Origin: Candidatus Pacearchaeota archaeon
GTDB lineage: Archaea > Nanobdellota > Nanobdellia > UBA10117 > JABICX01
Length of the DNA: 64,000 bases
Assembly: GCA_017608025.1 (NCBI GenBank)
Contig: JAFCGM010000001.1
Span: forward strand, 78,885-142,884
Reading direction: 5' to 3'
Shown here: positions 10,214 through 19,631 of the stretch, piece by piece
Layout: every line of letters starts with the position of its first letter
Numbering within the stretch: position 1 is the stretch's first letter
Made by a program: the position numbers and the translations under genes
The notes under the pieces: generated by a model
What the model saw: only the letters and a program-made list of their open reading frames with translations
Told to the model about the DNA's origin: nothing
The model's database searches: none

Positions 10214-11467
10214 ATGAAGATTAAGCACTTGCTGATTTCATTTTTTATTGTTTTGATAGTTCTTTTCAGCGGATGTATTGGCAATCCCTTGAAAGAAGAA
10301 AGCACATTTCTTTCAACTTCGCAATCGCTTGATGCCAGGTTTCTTCAAAACGCTCCGCCAAAAAATATCTTTATTGGTGACAGATTTAATATTTGGCTTG
10401 AAATTGAGAATACAGGAGAAAAGAAAATTGATGCTGGCGAGGTAAGGGTTGATTTGAGCAATGCGAATTTGTTCAGGCATTATTATTCATACAATCTTGA
10501 AGGTCATGATGAGTATGGGAGAAAAAACAGGTATGCGGACTTTTTATGGTGGATGAAGGAGCTAACAAAATACACAAGCCACAAAGAGCCTTTTAACTAC
10601 AACGACAAGTTTGAGTGGGCTTCAGCTCTTGGATGCAAAGACAAAAGAGGTATTTTATGCTCAGAATCAACAGATAATACTTACAAGAATGAATGCATTA
10701 GAAACTGCGTATATGAATTTCAAGAGGATTTGAAAAAAGAGTTTTCACATGTTCCTGACTATAACGAATTCAATTCAACAAATAAGCAGTATATAGAGTT
10801 CAATCCAACAAGATACAATATAAATTATCTGCGACCAGCAAGGAAAGACCCGGAATCTGGAAATCGAATTCCTGGCGCAAATGAATTGATTATGTATGAT
10901 GACCTGACTTATGTTGCTGGAGAATCAATTACAGAGGAAAGGCCAATTGACATTTCTGCAAAGATTTGCTATCCTTACCAAACAGAAGGGATTTCAACAA
11001 TATGTGTTACAAAAAGCTCAATTGAATCAGAAATTTGCGACCCGATTGCTGAAAGAAAAGCAGAAACTTCATCTGGACCAATTCATCTTAAAGCAGTTGA
11101 GCAAAAGACAAATGGATATTCATCAGAGGGAGAAGCCCAAGTTGTGACTAGAATTGATTTTGTATTTGAAAAAGCCGACTATAAGAAAGACATATTTTCA
11201 AACACCCACTGCCTGGAAAGAGTTTCTCCGTACAATAAAGATTCATTTAATGTAACTTTTCTTAAAATCGGCTCTAAGGAGTATGACCCAGAACAGGTTT
11301 GCGGGACTTCTAAAATTGAACTTAGAGCGGATGGAACTGGAAGAATAAGCTGCAAGTTTCCAATTAATGGAGTGCATAATGATTATCTTGAGAGAGTTGT
11401 AATAAGAACAAATTATGTTGTGATTATGGAAACAAGCACAGACACGCATGTGATGCCTACATTGTAA
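10214..11467 (+). CDS. Putative lipoprotein (paralog)
   Basis: LFSGC; shared motifs PP..I..G..F...L.IEN.G, AK.CY.Y, GPI, G.G...C. Confidence 0.8.
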   Translation: MKIKHLLISFFIVLIVLFSGCIGNPLKEESTFLSTSQSLDARFLQNAPPKNIFIGDRFNIWLEIENTGEKKIDAGEVRVDLSNANLFRHYYSYNLEGHDEYGRKNRYADFLWWMKELTKYTSHKEPFNYNDKFEWASALGCKDKRGILCSESTDNTYKNECIRNCVYEFQEDLKKEFSHVPDYNEFNSTNKQYIEFNPTRYNINYLRPARKDPESGNRIPGANELIMYDDLTYVAGESITEERPIDISAKICYPYQTEGISTICVTKSSIESEICDPIAERKAETSSGPIHLKAVEQKTNGYSSEGEAQVVTRIDFVFEKADYKKDIFSNTHCLERVSPYNKDSFNVTFLKIGSKEYDPEQVCGTSKIELRADGTGRISCKFPINGVHNDYLERVVIRTNYVVIMETSTDTHVMPTL

Positions 11468-11514
11468 GCAATTCCAATAATCTTTTTATATGTTATTTTT
11501 TATTTTTAGGCAGG

Positions 11515-11548
11515 AGCCTTTCTTAAAAAGAAACGCTCGCGAAATAAA
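11515..11548 (+). repeat. Family-A REP-like hairpin, short form
   Basis: agcctttcttaaaaagaaacgctcgcgaaataaa. Confidence 0.55.
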
Positions 11549-11580
11549 TATCTTCACTTGGAGATAAAAGGAATTCAAAA

Positions 11581-12840
11581 ATGAGAATCTACGCTGACCT
11601 TCACATTCATTCCCGGTTTTCAAGGGCAACTTCAAAGCAGCTTAATCTTGAAAATTTGGAGAAATATGGTCGAATTAAAGGATTAAACTTAATTGGAACT
11701 GGAGATTTTACTCATCCAGAGTGGATTAAAGAAATTAAGGAAACTCTTCGAGAAGATGGCACAGGAATTTTAAAATCAAAGTCAGGATTTAATTTTGTTT
11801 TGTCAAGTGAAGTTTCTTTGATGTATACGCAGGGAGGAAAAGCAAGAAAAGTTCATCTTGTTCTTTTGGCACCTTCTTTGGAAATTGTTGATAAGATAAC
11901 AGCTTATTTTAAAAGTTTGGGAAGAATTGATTATGACGGTAGACCTATTTTCGGAAAGTCAATTATTGAGGTTACAAGAAAATTAAAGGAAATTTCTGAC
12001 AAGATTGAGATTATTCCTGCTCACATCTGGACTCCTTGGTTTGGGGTTCTAGGAAGCAAGTCTGGTTTTGATTCAATTAAGGAGGCATTTGGAGATGAGG
12101 AAAAGCATATTTATGCAATTGAAATGGGTCTTAGTTCAAATCCAAAGATGAATTGGATGCTTTCTGAGTTAGACAAATACACTTTGATTGCAAATTCAGA
12201 TTCCCATAGCTTCTGGCCTTGGAGGTTAGGAAGGGAATGCAACATTTTTGATTTTGAGGAAATTACATATGATAATTTGATAAAAGCAATAAGAACGAGA
12301 GAAGGATATGTTGGGACAATTGGTGTTGACCCTAACTATGGAAAATACCACTATGACGGTCATAGAAATTGCGGATTTTCCTGCACTCCAGAGAAAGCAA
12401 AAGAGTTGAATTATCTTTGCCCTGTTTGTAAAAGACCTCTTACACTAGGAGTCATGCATCGCGTGAAAAAACTTGCTGATAGAAATTTCGGATTTGTTTT
12501 AAGAGAAAAAGAAGAGCATCACAATTTTCTTCCTCTTTCAGAAGTTGTCTGCAAGGTCTTTGGAAATGGAGTTGCAACAAGAAAAACAATGGAAGCTTAC
12601 AATAAGTTGGTTGAAGGAACAAATGAGTATTTTGTTTTGCTTGAAATGGAAAAAGCGGATATTGAAAAGAGAAGTAGTAAGGACATTGCTGAGATGGTAA
12701 TAAAAAACAGAAAAGAGGATTTTAAAATAAAACCTGGTTATGATGGTGAATATGGTGTTCTTGAATATGAAAATGCTGAAAAAGAAAAATCAAGAAATAT
12801 TTTTGAAGTGAAAAAGCAGCCTTCTCTGCTTGACTTTTGA
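11581..12840 (+). CDS. Endonuclease Q family protein (PHP domain plus Zn finger, TIGR00375-like)
   Basis: ADLHIHSRFS, GTGDFTHP, PAHIWTPW, NSDSHS, GKYH.DGHR.C, CPVC, PGYDGEYG. Confidence 0.9.
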   Translation: MRIYADLHIHSRFSRATSKQLNLENLEKYGRIKGLNLIGTGDFTHPEWIKEIKETLREDGTGILKSKSGFNFVLSSEVSLMYTQGGKARKVHLVLLAPSLEIVDKITAYFKSLGRIDYDGRPIFGKSIIEVTRKLKEISDKIEIIPAHIWTPWFGVLGSKSGFDSIKEAFGDEEKHIYAIEMGLSSNPKMNWMLSELDKYTLIANSDSHSFWPWRLGRECNIFDFEEITYDNLIKAIRTREGYVGTIGVDPNYGKYHYDGHRNCGFSCTPEKAKELNYLCPVCKRPLTLGVMHRVKKLADRNFGFVLREKEEHHNFLPLSEVVCKVFGNGVATRKTMEAYNKLVEGTNEYFVLLEMEKADIEKRSSKDIAEMVIKNRKEDFKIKPGYDGEYGVLEYENAEKEKSRNIFEVKKQPSLLDF

Positions 12841-12841
12841 A

Positions 12842-13152
12842 ATGATAAGTTAGATTAAAGCTAGCAATTATAAGAAAACTCTGAAGTTTTTGAGAGAGAA
12901 TGGCTTTTGATTAAAAAAAGAATCTAGGCAAAATTGGTTATCTTATTTAATTTATTTAGATCCTATTCCAGAAGATTATCTGCTTTAGCCGTTTGATAAA
13001 AGACCGAGATATGAGTTAGCCAAGCTTTATGTAACTGAAGAAAAAACGGCCTTGTTGAGCTTTCATTTTGGGGTTTGCTAGAGTTAGTTCCTTATAAGAA
13101 GAAATTAGTGAAAACTCTTAGAGGAATTCAGCCATGTCTTGAGGACTTTTTT
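12842..13152 (+). pseudogene. Possible decayed ORF
   Basis: Protein-like frame from ATG 12842 interrupted by TAG/TGA/TAG and an apparent frameshift near 13075; no family recognised. Confidence 0.3.
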
Positions 13153-13927
13153 AACCTATGTAGCTTGTGTCTTTGTTTTCTGATGAAATTTTCTTTATTT
13201 TTTTCATTAGCTTTGAGTTTTCGATTTTTTCCTCTTTTTCGATTTTTTCCACTTCATTGCCAAGCTTTTTTAAGTCAATTCCAAGATTAAGTGTTTTTTC
13301 AAGGATTTTCATTAAATTTTTAGCTTCTTCAAGTCCAAGGCGATAAGGGTCAGCAAAAGTTTCAATAAGGAGAGAAATTCCTTTCCAGTTTTTCAGCTTT
13401 CCTATTCCAAGCAAAAGACCTGCAATTCCAAGAATTGTTGCTGCGCTATTTCCTTTTGTTTTTATTTCTTTTGAGCTTTTTTTGTATTTTTTTATTATTT
13501 TTTTGTCAGTTCCTGTAATGAATATTCTCTTTTTTTGCGGTGAGGAAGGAAGACCAATTCCGCCAAGAGTTATTGCTTCCTTGCATTTGAATTCACTACA
13601 CAAAGAGATTATTTTTTCTGCAAAATCATAACTTTCCTTTTCTTTTAGGGGCTGAATGTCTCCAGAGAGGACCAGTATGTCGCGAGGTTTTCTTTTTATG
13701 TAATGAAGCTCGACTTTTGGAAGATTAACTATGCCTTCTTCATTAATGAAAACAGAGTGAGGAAAGCTTGAGCTATATATTTCATAAAGTTTTTTTGAAT
13801 TCAGTTCTTCAACAATGAAATCAGTGCAAATCTTTCCAATGTTTCCTATTCCTGGAAGACCTGCAATTATGATTGGGTTTTTTAGTTTCGGCTTTTTTGA
13901 GAAGTTCTTTTTTACTATAAAATCCAT
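13151..13927 (-). CDS. PAC2-family proteasome assembly chaperone
   Basis: GLPGIGNIGK, GDIQP, ITLGG, GIAGLLLG, C-terminal YIG. Confidence 0.9.
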   Translation of the reverse strand: MDFIVKKNFSKKPKLKNPIIIAGLPGIGNIGKICTDFIVEELNSKKLYEIYSSSFPHSVFINEEGIVNLPKVELHYIKRKPRDILVLSGDIQPLKEKESYDFAEKIISLCSEFKCKEAITLGGIGLPSSPQKKRIFITGTDKKIIKKYKKSSKEIKTKGNSAATILGIAGLLLGIGKLKNWKGISLLIETFADPYRLGLEEAKNLMKILEKTLNLGIDLKKLGNEVEKIEKEEKIENSKLMKKIKKISSENKDTSYIG

Positions 13928-13928
13928 T

Positions 13929-14711
13929 TTACTTTAATTTGAATTTTCCCTTATTTTTTGATATATGCTTTTCAACTATGTCTAAAATTTCTTCAACGTG
14001 ATTATTTATTTCTTTTTTATTTTCTGTTTCAATCGTTATTTTGTAGTTTGGAGCACCAGCATAGAGCACTTTAAATTTTATGTTTTTCTTTTTTGCATGT
14101 TCTTCAGCAAGTTCAAATGCTTTTTTAATAACTTCAACTCCATTTTCGCAGTAGCAAGATATCTGAACAGTTTTTGTTATTTTTGAGGTAGGGATTGTTA
14201 TTCTTTTTGATATTAAATCCAGAGCTTTTTTCTTTATTTTTGAATCTATTTTTATGTTTTTCAGAATATTTTCATTTCCGCGAGCAATTTCTTCAAAAGC
14301 AGGATACAAAAGACCGTATTTTTCCAGAATTTTATCAGCAAACTTTTTGTAAACTTCTTCAATTTTTAATTTATTCATTTTTGCAAAAGCATGCAAGATT
14401 TCATCTGCTTTTTTCTCATTTTTCCATTCTTTTTCTTTTGTTCTTTTTTGAGATGAACCAACCCTTTTTAATGAAAGATTAATATGTTCTTTGCTGGGAT
14501 TAACATCTATTACAGTGCAGACAAGTTTTCTGCCTTCTTTGAAAAAAGATTTTAGGTTTCTTACAAGCCTTCTTTCAATTTCAGAGGTATGAATCATTCC
14601 TTCAAGATTTTTGTATTCATTGAGATTTACAAAAACTGAATGAGGCAGAACACGAGTTACTGTACCAATAATGATTTCTCTTTTCTTAGGATAACCTTTT
14701 TTTTGATACAT
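13929..14711 (-). CDS. eif2a: Translation initiation factor aIF2 alpha
   Basis: S1 domain (LNEY..LEGMIHTSEI, INLSLKRV), YAGAPNY. Confidence 0.95.
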   Translation of the reverse strand: MYQKKGYPKKREIIIGTVTRVLPHSVFVNLNEYKNLEGMIHTSEIERRLVRNLKSFFKEGRKLVCTVIDVNPSKEHINLSLKRVGSSQKRTKEKEWKNEKKADEILHAFAKMNKLKIEEVYKKFADKILEKYGLLYPAFEEIARGNENILKNIKIDSKIKKKALDLISKRITIPTSKITKTVQISCYCENGVEVIKKAFELAEEHAKKKNIKFKVLYAGAPNYKITIETENKKEINNHVEEILDIVEKHISKNKGKFKLK

Positions 14712-14723
14712 AATTATGAAAAA

Positions 14724-14909
14724 TTAATTAAGTGTCTGGATTACTTTTCCTTGTATTTTTGCTTTTCCGCCAGTTGGAACTGCAAGAATTTCTCCGCAAA
14801 CAAGGCATTTGACTTTTGTAGATGCTTTGTCAAATATTATTTGCTCGTTCTTGCATTTTTCACATGCGACTTTTATAAACGCACTTGTTGGACCTTTTGC
14901 TGATATCAT
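14724..14909 (-). CDS. rps27e: 30S ribosomal protein S27e
   Basis: FIKVACEKCKNEQIIF...CLVCG..LA.PTGGKA. Confidence 0.95.
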   Translation of the reverse strand: MISAKGPTSAFIKVACEKCKNEQIIFDKASTKVKCLVCGEILAVPTGGKAKIQGKVIQTLN

Positions 14910-14913
14910 TTTA

Positions 14914-15204
14914 TTACACCTGCCTTACTTTTTTAGACCTGTTTTTGTAGGCCTTTATTTGAGAATGATTGCATTTTTTGCATGTCAGCTTGAAAACCGG
15001 ATGAGTGCTGACTTTGGATTTTGAACCTTTTGTCCTGGGAAAACCCCCGTAACCCTTAAGAACTCTTGCCATCTGCCGAATTCCCCACTTCAGTGCTTTC
15101 TTCCTTGTCTTTGGTCTCGGCTTGTTCTTTGTCGGAGATATTTTGTGCTCTGTGTGTTTCTTGCACTTCGGACAATACCTTTTTATTTGTTTTGGAACTT
15201 TCAT
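14914..15204 (-). CDS. rpl44e: 50S ribosomal protein L44e
   Basis: MKVPK..KRYCPKCKKHTEHK...GYGG.P...LTCKKC. Confidence 0.95.
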   Translation of the reverse strand: MKVPKQIKRYCPKCKKHTEHKISPTKNKPRPKTRKKALKWGIRQMARVLKGYGGFPRTKGSKSKVSTHPVFKLTCKKCNHSQIKAYKNRSKKVRQV

Positions 15205-15847
15205 TTTCTAATATGCTTACTTTTTTTTGCTCTCTTAAAAGGTTTGCTATTTTTTCAGGCAATTCAGCTGTATCTCTTTTTGAATATGGACCATAAGTTT
15301 TTAAATCTTCCCCATAGAACTGCTCAGATTTTTCAAGGAATTCAACTTTAACTTTTTTCACATTTGCAGTTTTTTCTGCTAAGTCAAATTCGTTTTTCAT
15401 TTCTTCTGCTTCTTTCATCTCTTTTTCAAGGAAGTCAATGCTTTCTGTGGCAGAATGAAGAGTATTAAAAAACTTTTGCTTATTCTGCTGTAAGGTTTGA
15501 ATTAAGTTATTGTAAAGTTCAACTTCAAAATTAAGCATATTTGTGGTGTCTTTAAGTGCAGAACCGCTTCTTATTGTTACAATTGCGCGATTGATGACTT
15601 TACGCTCCCTTTTCTCATACAAGTCTGACAAGGTTCTTCTAGCATTTTCAATTTCATTTAGAATCTGAACTTTTTTTGAAGAGCTCATTATAGATGTATT
15701 CTCTTCTTGTGAAATTAATCTTTCTTTTACTTTGAGATATTCATTTATTTTTTGCAAGTCCTTATCTGTTATTTTTTGAAGCTCAGCAGAGAATTTCTCA
15801 GCACGCAGGAGCTCATATATATCCTCATAAGTAAAACTATCTGCCAT
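15056..15847 (-). CDS. GINS complex protein (Gins51)
   Basis: TYEDIYELLRAEK, LYEKRERKV, FYGEDLKTYGPY B-domain; conserved position between primase and rpl44e. Confidence 0.85.
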   Translation of the reverse strand: MADSFTYEDIYELLRAEKFSAELQKITDKDLQKINEYLKVKERLISQEENTSIMSSSKKVQILNEIENARRTLSDLYEKRERKVINRAIVTIRSGSALKDTTNMLNFEVELYNNLIQTLQQNKQKFFNTLHSATESIDFLEKEMKEAEEMKNEFDLAEKTANVKKVKVEFLEKSEQFYGEDLKTYGPYSKRDTAELPEKIANLLREQKKVSILENESSKTNKKVLSEVQETHRAQNISDKEQAETKDKEESTEVGNSADGKSS

Positions 15848-15901
15848 TATATCTTATCTACAAAAATTTAATTTAAAAGATTTAGTTTGTTTTAGAAGCG
15901 A

Positions 15902-16259
15902 TTAGGAAAGTAACTCTTCGCGGTCATTCATATTCTCTACTAAAACCGCCATTTCATCTCTTGCAATATCTCCTGTAACTCTTGGCTTATAATTGTCCCA
16001 TTTTTGATCATACCTAATCTTTTTAACTGTTTTAGCAAAACTTTTGTTTAAAATTAATTCATCAAGATACTTTTCTAGACACCCAATACTTTCCTCAGGC
16101 GAACTTGCAACCACGCGATCAGATTTGTTATACCATACAATCTAATTTCAATAATGTTCCCCTTTTTCTTTTCATGGAGTAAAATATCAAAACATCCATC
16201 TGCAAAATTTCCGCTATATTTCATTCCTGAAGAAAACCACTTTCTGAAACGAGAGCCAT
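15902..16259 (-). pseudogene. Possible frameshifted orphan between primase and GINS
   Basis: Three consecutive short frames starting at ATG 16259 and ending in the 70-aa ORF 15902-16114. Confidence 0.3.
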
Positions 16260-16275
16260 GTTGTTTAATTTAGAA

Positions 16276-17547
16276 TTACTTTCCATTTCTTCGCCGTTTC
16301 CGTTTAGGATATGATAATGGATTTCTAATGCCTTTGCACAGTTCATCAGGGACGCATACACCAATGTCTTTGTAATACTGCTCAAGACTGCAGTTTGGAG
16401 GCGGAGAGGTTTTAGTTTGAGCCTTGTGCCAGTTTATCTGGCTTTGTATGTATCCTGTTTTAAGCGCTTCAGCATTTCTTGAATTCCATTCAGTAATTTT
16501 AGCTTCAATTTCCGGCCAGGTCCACTTTGCCTTTTGAAGGAAATTAAGCAATATAAACAAGGCGCGCTTTTTTCCATCAGCAAGGCCTTTGAGAATGTTC
16601 TTTATGCAGGGAGGGAAGAATTCTTCTGGAACTCGGTCCTTAAACTCAACAAATTTTCGGTCAGTCGGTACTGAAACTTTCTCGCTTTTCTTTTTTCTAA
16701 ATCTTAGGTCTTTTGCTTCTGTTATTATGAGGCTCATTTCTGTTCCAGAATAGTTTCCTGGAGTCATGAAGTTTTCATTAACTTTTGTTATGTTTTCCGG
16801 TTTTGCCTGTTCTTTTTTGAAATTTTTCAAGTCCTTTGAATTAATTACAACTGATGCAAGGCCAGATTTTTCATGCAGAGAATATGGAGCGCGAATTAAG
16901 TGGCGAGGAGATGCTAGTTGAATGTCAAGGCCGAGCAATTTCGGGACATCAGTTATGTCTTGTTTTGAATATAATTCTCTTTTTTGATTGTGTTTTTTAA
17001 GGAAATCTTTCAAATCAAAATTGATTTCTCTTAATTTTCTTTCAAAAATATTTTTGCTTTCTTTTATTATATAATACATAAGAGCATCAGAAAGTTCTGG
17101 AAACTCTTTTGCTGCTGATTCTGGAAAAGCTTCAAAAGGAACGCAAATGTGCCAACCTTTATTTCCTGAAAATTTTATTTGCGCAATTACACCATATTCT
17201 TTAAGGACTTCAAGAACAGATTCTGCTGCAAGAGTTGAAATTTTAAAGTCTGGGCAGTCAATGTCAATTATAAAATCCCATCCAATTCTTAAATTGTTCA
17301 TTTCCTGAGGAGTGATTTCAGGTGAGAGTTTCATAGCGTCCTGCCATCTTTCTTGGGAAATGTGAAAAGATGTTGCACCTTCTTTTGCAAAGGAAGATAT
17401 GTCTGAGGGAAACTGGATTATTTGCGGTCTTTTGCTGTAATGGCCCCCCTGAAATTGAACAGCTACTTCTCTGTCTTGCGAAACTTTTGCTATAAATGCT
17501 TTGATTTCTGATTTTGAATAATATTTAATTGCTTCTGACTGTCGCAT
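16276..17547 (-). CDS. priSL: Fused DNA primase small plus large subunit (DPANN type)
   Basis: PriS motifs WDFIIDID and KFSGNKGWHI followed by the PriL Fe-S region PPCI...PPNC...C.PDELC..IRNP. Confidence 0.9.
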   Translation of the reverse strand: MRQSEAIKYYSKSEIKAFIAKVSQDREVAVQFQGGHYSKRPQIIQFPSDISSFAKEGATSFHISQERWQDAMKLSPEITPQEMNNLRIGWDFIIDIDCPDFKISTLAAESVLEVLKEYGVIAQIKFSGNKGWHICVPFEAFPESAAKEFPELSDALMYYIIKESKNIFERKLREINFDLKDFLKKHNQKRELYSKQDITDVPKLLGLDIQLASPRHLIRAPYSLHEKSGLASVVINSKDLKNFKKEQAKPENITKVNENFMTPGNYSGTEMSLIITEAKDLRFRKKKSEKVSVPTDRKFVEFKDRVPEEFFPPCIKNILKGLADGKKRALFILLNFLQKAKWTWPEIEAKITEWNSRNAEALKTGYIQSQINWHKAQTKTSPPPNCSLEQYYKDIGVCVPDELCKGIRNPLSYPKRKRRRNGK

Positions 17548-17995
17548 GAAGAAACAATTCTTGTTAAATTTTATATAGTTTTGTAAGATTAAGGGATGTA
17601 TAAAATAGGAGCCAATTGGATGTTTGGATTTTTTAGATTTTGCACTTTATGCAATTCATAAAATTGTTGAAGACAACTGAATTCAAGTAGTATAATTAGT
17701 TTAAATTGTCTAGTTTATTTACCTGATTCTGGAGGACTGAATAAAGAAAATTAGGAAATAGAAATGCTTTTTTAATGAAATTTTTTATATATTTATATTT
17801 ATTATTTAGGTATGGAAAAATTATACGATTCTACAAAAGAGCTGTATTCTTTATTGCCAGAAAAAACAGAAAAAGACAGTCTGAAGTTGTTCTTGAGGTT
17901 TTATTAGATGCCTGTAAAAATTAATTAATTTTGTGCGTGCTATACTTTAATAAGTTTAGAAACCTTTTTAAACAACACAACGAACTATCTTTTAC

Positions 17996-18118
17996 AATGA
18001 CAAACGGTGATTACCCCACAGCCCTTTTAAAAAAAGCGCTATTTCATAGGCACGAACTATGTTCGTTTCTGGCGGAAAAATCACTGACACGATAAAAATG
18101 GAAACTGGTGATTACCCC
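17996..18118 (+). repeat. Imperfect 22-bp direct repeat flanking a family-A element with CT module
   Basis: aatgacaaacggtgattacccc (17996-18017) and aatggaaactggtgattacccc (18097-18118). Confidence 0.65.
18039..18070 (+). mobile_element. CT-bounded two-hairpin micro-module, copy 3
   Basis: CTAT-ttc-ATAG GC ACGAAC-tat-GTTCGT TTCT. Confidence 0.7.
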
Positions 18119-18201
18119 CATCAAGGCTAGAATTTATTTAACTAGCAGGAGGTATTTTCACTGTTTTGAGTCTTTTTTTAATTTTAGACATAGAAATTAA
18201 T

Positions 18202-18277
18202 GGCTGGGATAGGGTAGCCTGGTTTATCCTCTGTGGCTGTGGCCCGCAGGACCCGAGTTCGAATCTCGGTCCCGGCC
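18202..18277 (+). tRNA. tRNA-His(GTG), G-1 encoded, no encoded CCA
   Basis: Acceptor GCTGGGA/TCCCGGC, anticodon arm TGTGG-CTGTGGC-CCGCA, T arm CCGAG-TTCGAAT-CTCGG. Confidence 0.95.
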
Positions 18278-18385
18278 CGAACTTTTCTTTCAAAAAAAAG
18301 CTTACAAAACAATTCTTACTACTGCTCGAAAAGAGGTGCTGTGATGTTAGAAACAAATATAAACAAAGAAAGTGTAGGTAGCATT

Positions 18386-19618
18386 ATGTTATCTACTCCA
18401 AAAGGAATGTCAGATTATCTTCCAGAACAACAGATTGTTATTGAGGATATCAAGAAAGTTGTTAGAGAGATTTTTGAAAGATATGGCTTTGTTCCGCTGG
18501 ACACTCCTGGATTAGAAAACATTGATGTTCTTACTTCAAAAGGTTCTGGAGGTGAAGAGATTGGAAAAGAGATTTTCACTCTTAAAGACCGAGCAGGAAG
18601 AAGACTTGGATTGAGATTTGACCTTACTGTTCCATTGGCCAGGGTTTTTGCTTCAAATTCAAATTTAAATAAGCCATTTAAAAGATATCAGGAAGGGAAA
18701 GTCTGGAGGCAGGAGTTCGGAACAAGGACTCGTGAGTTCCTGCAGTTTGATGCTGATACTCTTGGAGCAAAGCCCGGGATTGCTGATGCTGAAATTTTAG
18801 CTGCTTGTCAGGATATATTTAATTCCCTAAAAATTGATGTTGTAATAAAAGTGAATAATCGGAAATTGCTTTCAGATGTTATTGAAAAGGCGGGAATTGA
18901 AAAAGCAAAAGTTATGGATGCAATAATGTGCATTGACAAGCTTGAGAAAATTGGTAAAAAGGGTGTTTTGAAGGAGGCGAAAATAAGAGGAATTTCTGAG
19001 AAAATCATGAGTAATGTCTTGAAGACACTTTCTGGTGGTTTAAACTGCTTTAAGAGTTACAAAGGATATGATGAGCTTTTGTCAATTATTAATTATTCAA
19101 AAGCCCTTGGAGCGAATGTTAAATTTGTACCTAATTTAGCAAGAGGCCTTGACTATTACACTGGGATGGTTTTTGAGGTTTTCTGGAAAGAAAGACCTAA
19201 CAAGCTTTCTCTTGCTGCTGGCGGAAGATATGATGATCTTATTGCAAGGTTTTCAAGAAAAGATGAAAAAGTTCTTGCTGTTGGAGGCAGTATAGGTGTT
19301 ACAAGAATTTATGAAATACTTAAAGATAAAGAAGGAAGAAAAACAAACACTAAGGTTTTCATTGCCCCAATTGGAACAGAAGAGTACTGCTTAAAATTAG
19401 CAACACAATTAAGAAAGAAAGGAATAAATTCTGAAATTGACTTGATGGAGCGAGGCCTTTCTGCAAACTTTAGATATGCTGACAAGAAGGGAATTTTATA
19501 CTCTTTGGTTGTTGGAGAAAAGGAATTGAAAGACAAGAAATTCACTTTGAAGAGCATGAAGACAGGAGAGCAGGAAAAACTCACTTTGAAGCAAATTATT
19601 AATAAATTAAACAATTAA
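18386..19618 (+). CDS. hisS: Histidyl-tRNA synthetase
   Basis: TPKGMSD, LRFDLTVPLAR, REFLQFDAD, LARGLDYYTG, GGRYDDL; start moved to ATG 18386. Confidence 0.95.
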   Translation: MLSTPKGMSDYLPEQQIVIEDIKKVVREIFERYGFVPLDTPGLENIDVLTSKGSGGEEIGKEIFTLKDRAGRRLGLRFDLTVPLARVFASNSNLNKPFKRYQEGKVWRQEFGTRTREFLQFDADTLGAKPGIADAEILAACQDIFNSLKIDVVIKVNNRKLLSDVIEKAGIEKAKVMDAIMCIDKLEKIGKKGVLKEAKIRGISEKIMSNVLKTLSGGLNCFKSYKGYDELLSIINYSKALGANVKFVPNLARGLDYYTGMVFEVFWKERPNKLSLAAGGRYDDLIARFSRKDEKVLAVGGSIGVTRIYEILKDKEGRKTNTKVFIAPIGTEEYCLKLATQLRKKGINSEIDLMERGLSANFRYADKKGILYSLVVGEKELKDKKFTLKSMKTGEQEKLTLKQIINKLNN

Positions 19619-19631
19619 TAAGCAAGAAAAT

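Noticed and set aside
12842-13080. Stop-codon reassignment
   Set aside because: TAA, TAG and TGA all terminate conserved genes in this window.
18233-18385. N-terminal extension of HisS
   Set aside because: It overlaps tRNA-His; homology begins at MLSTPKG.
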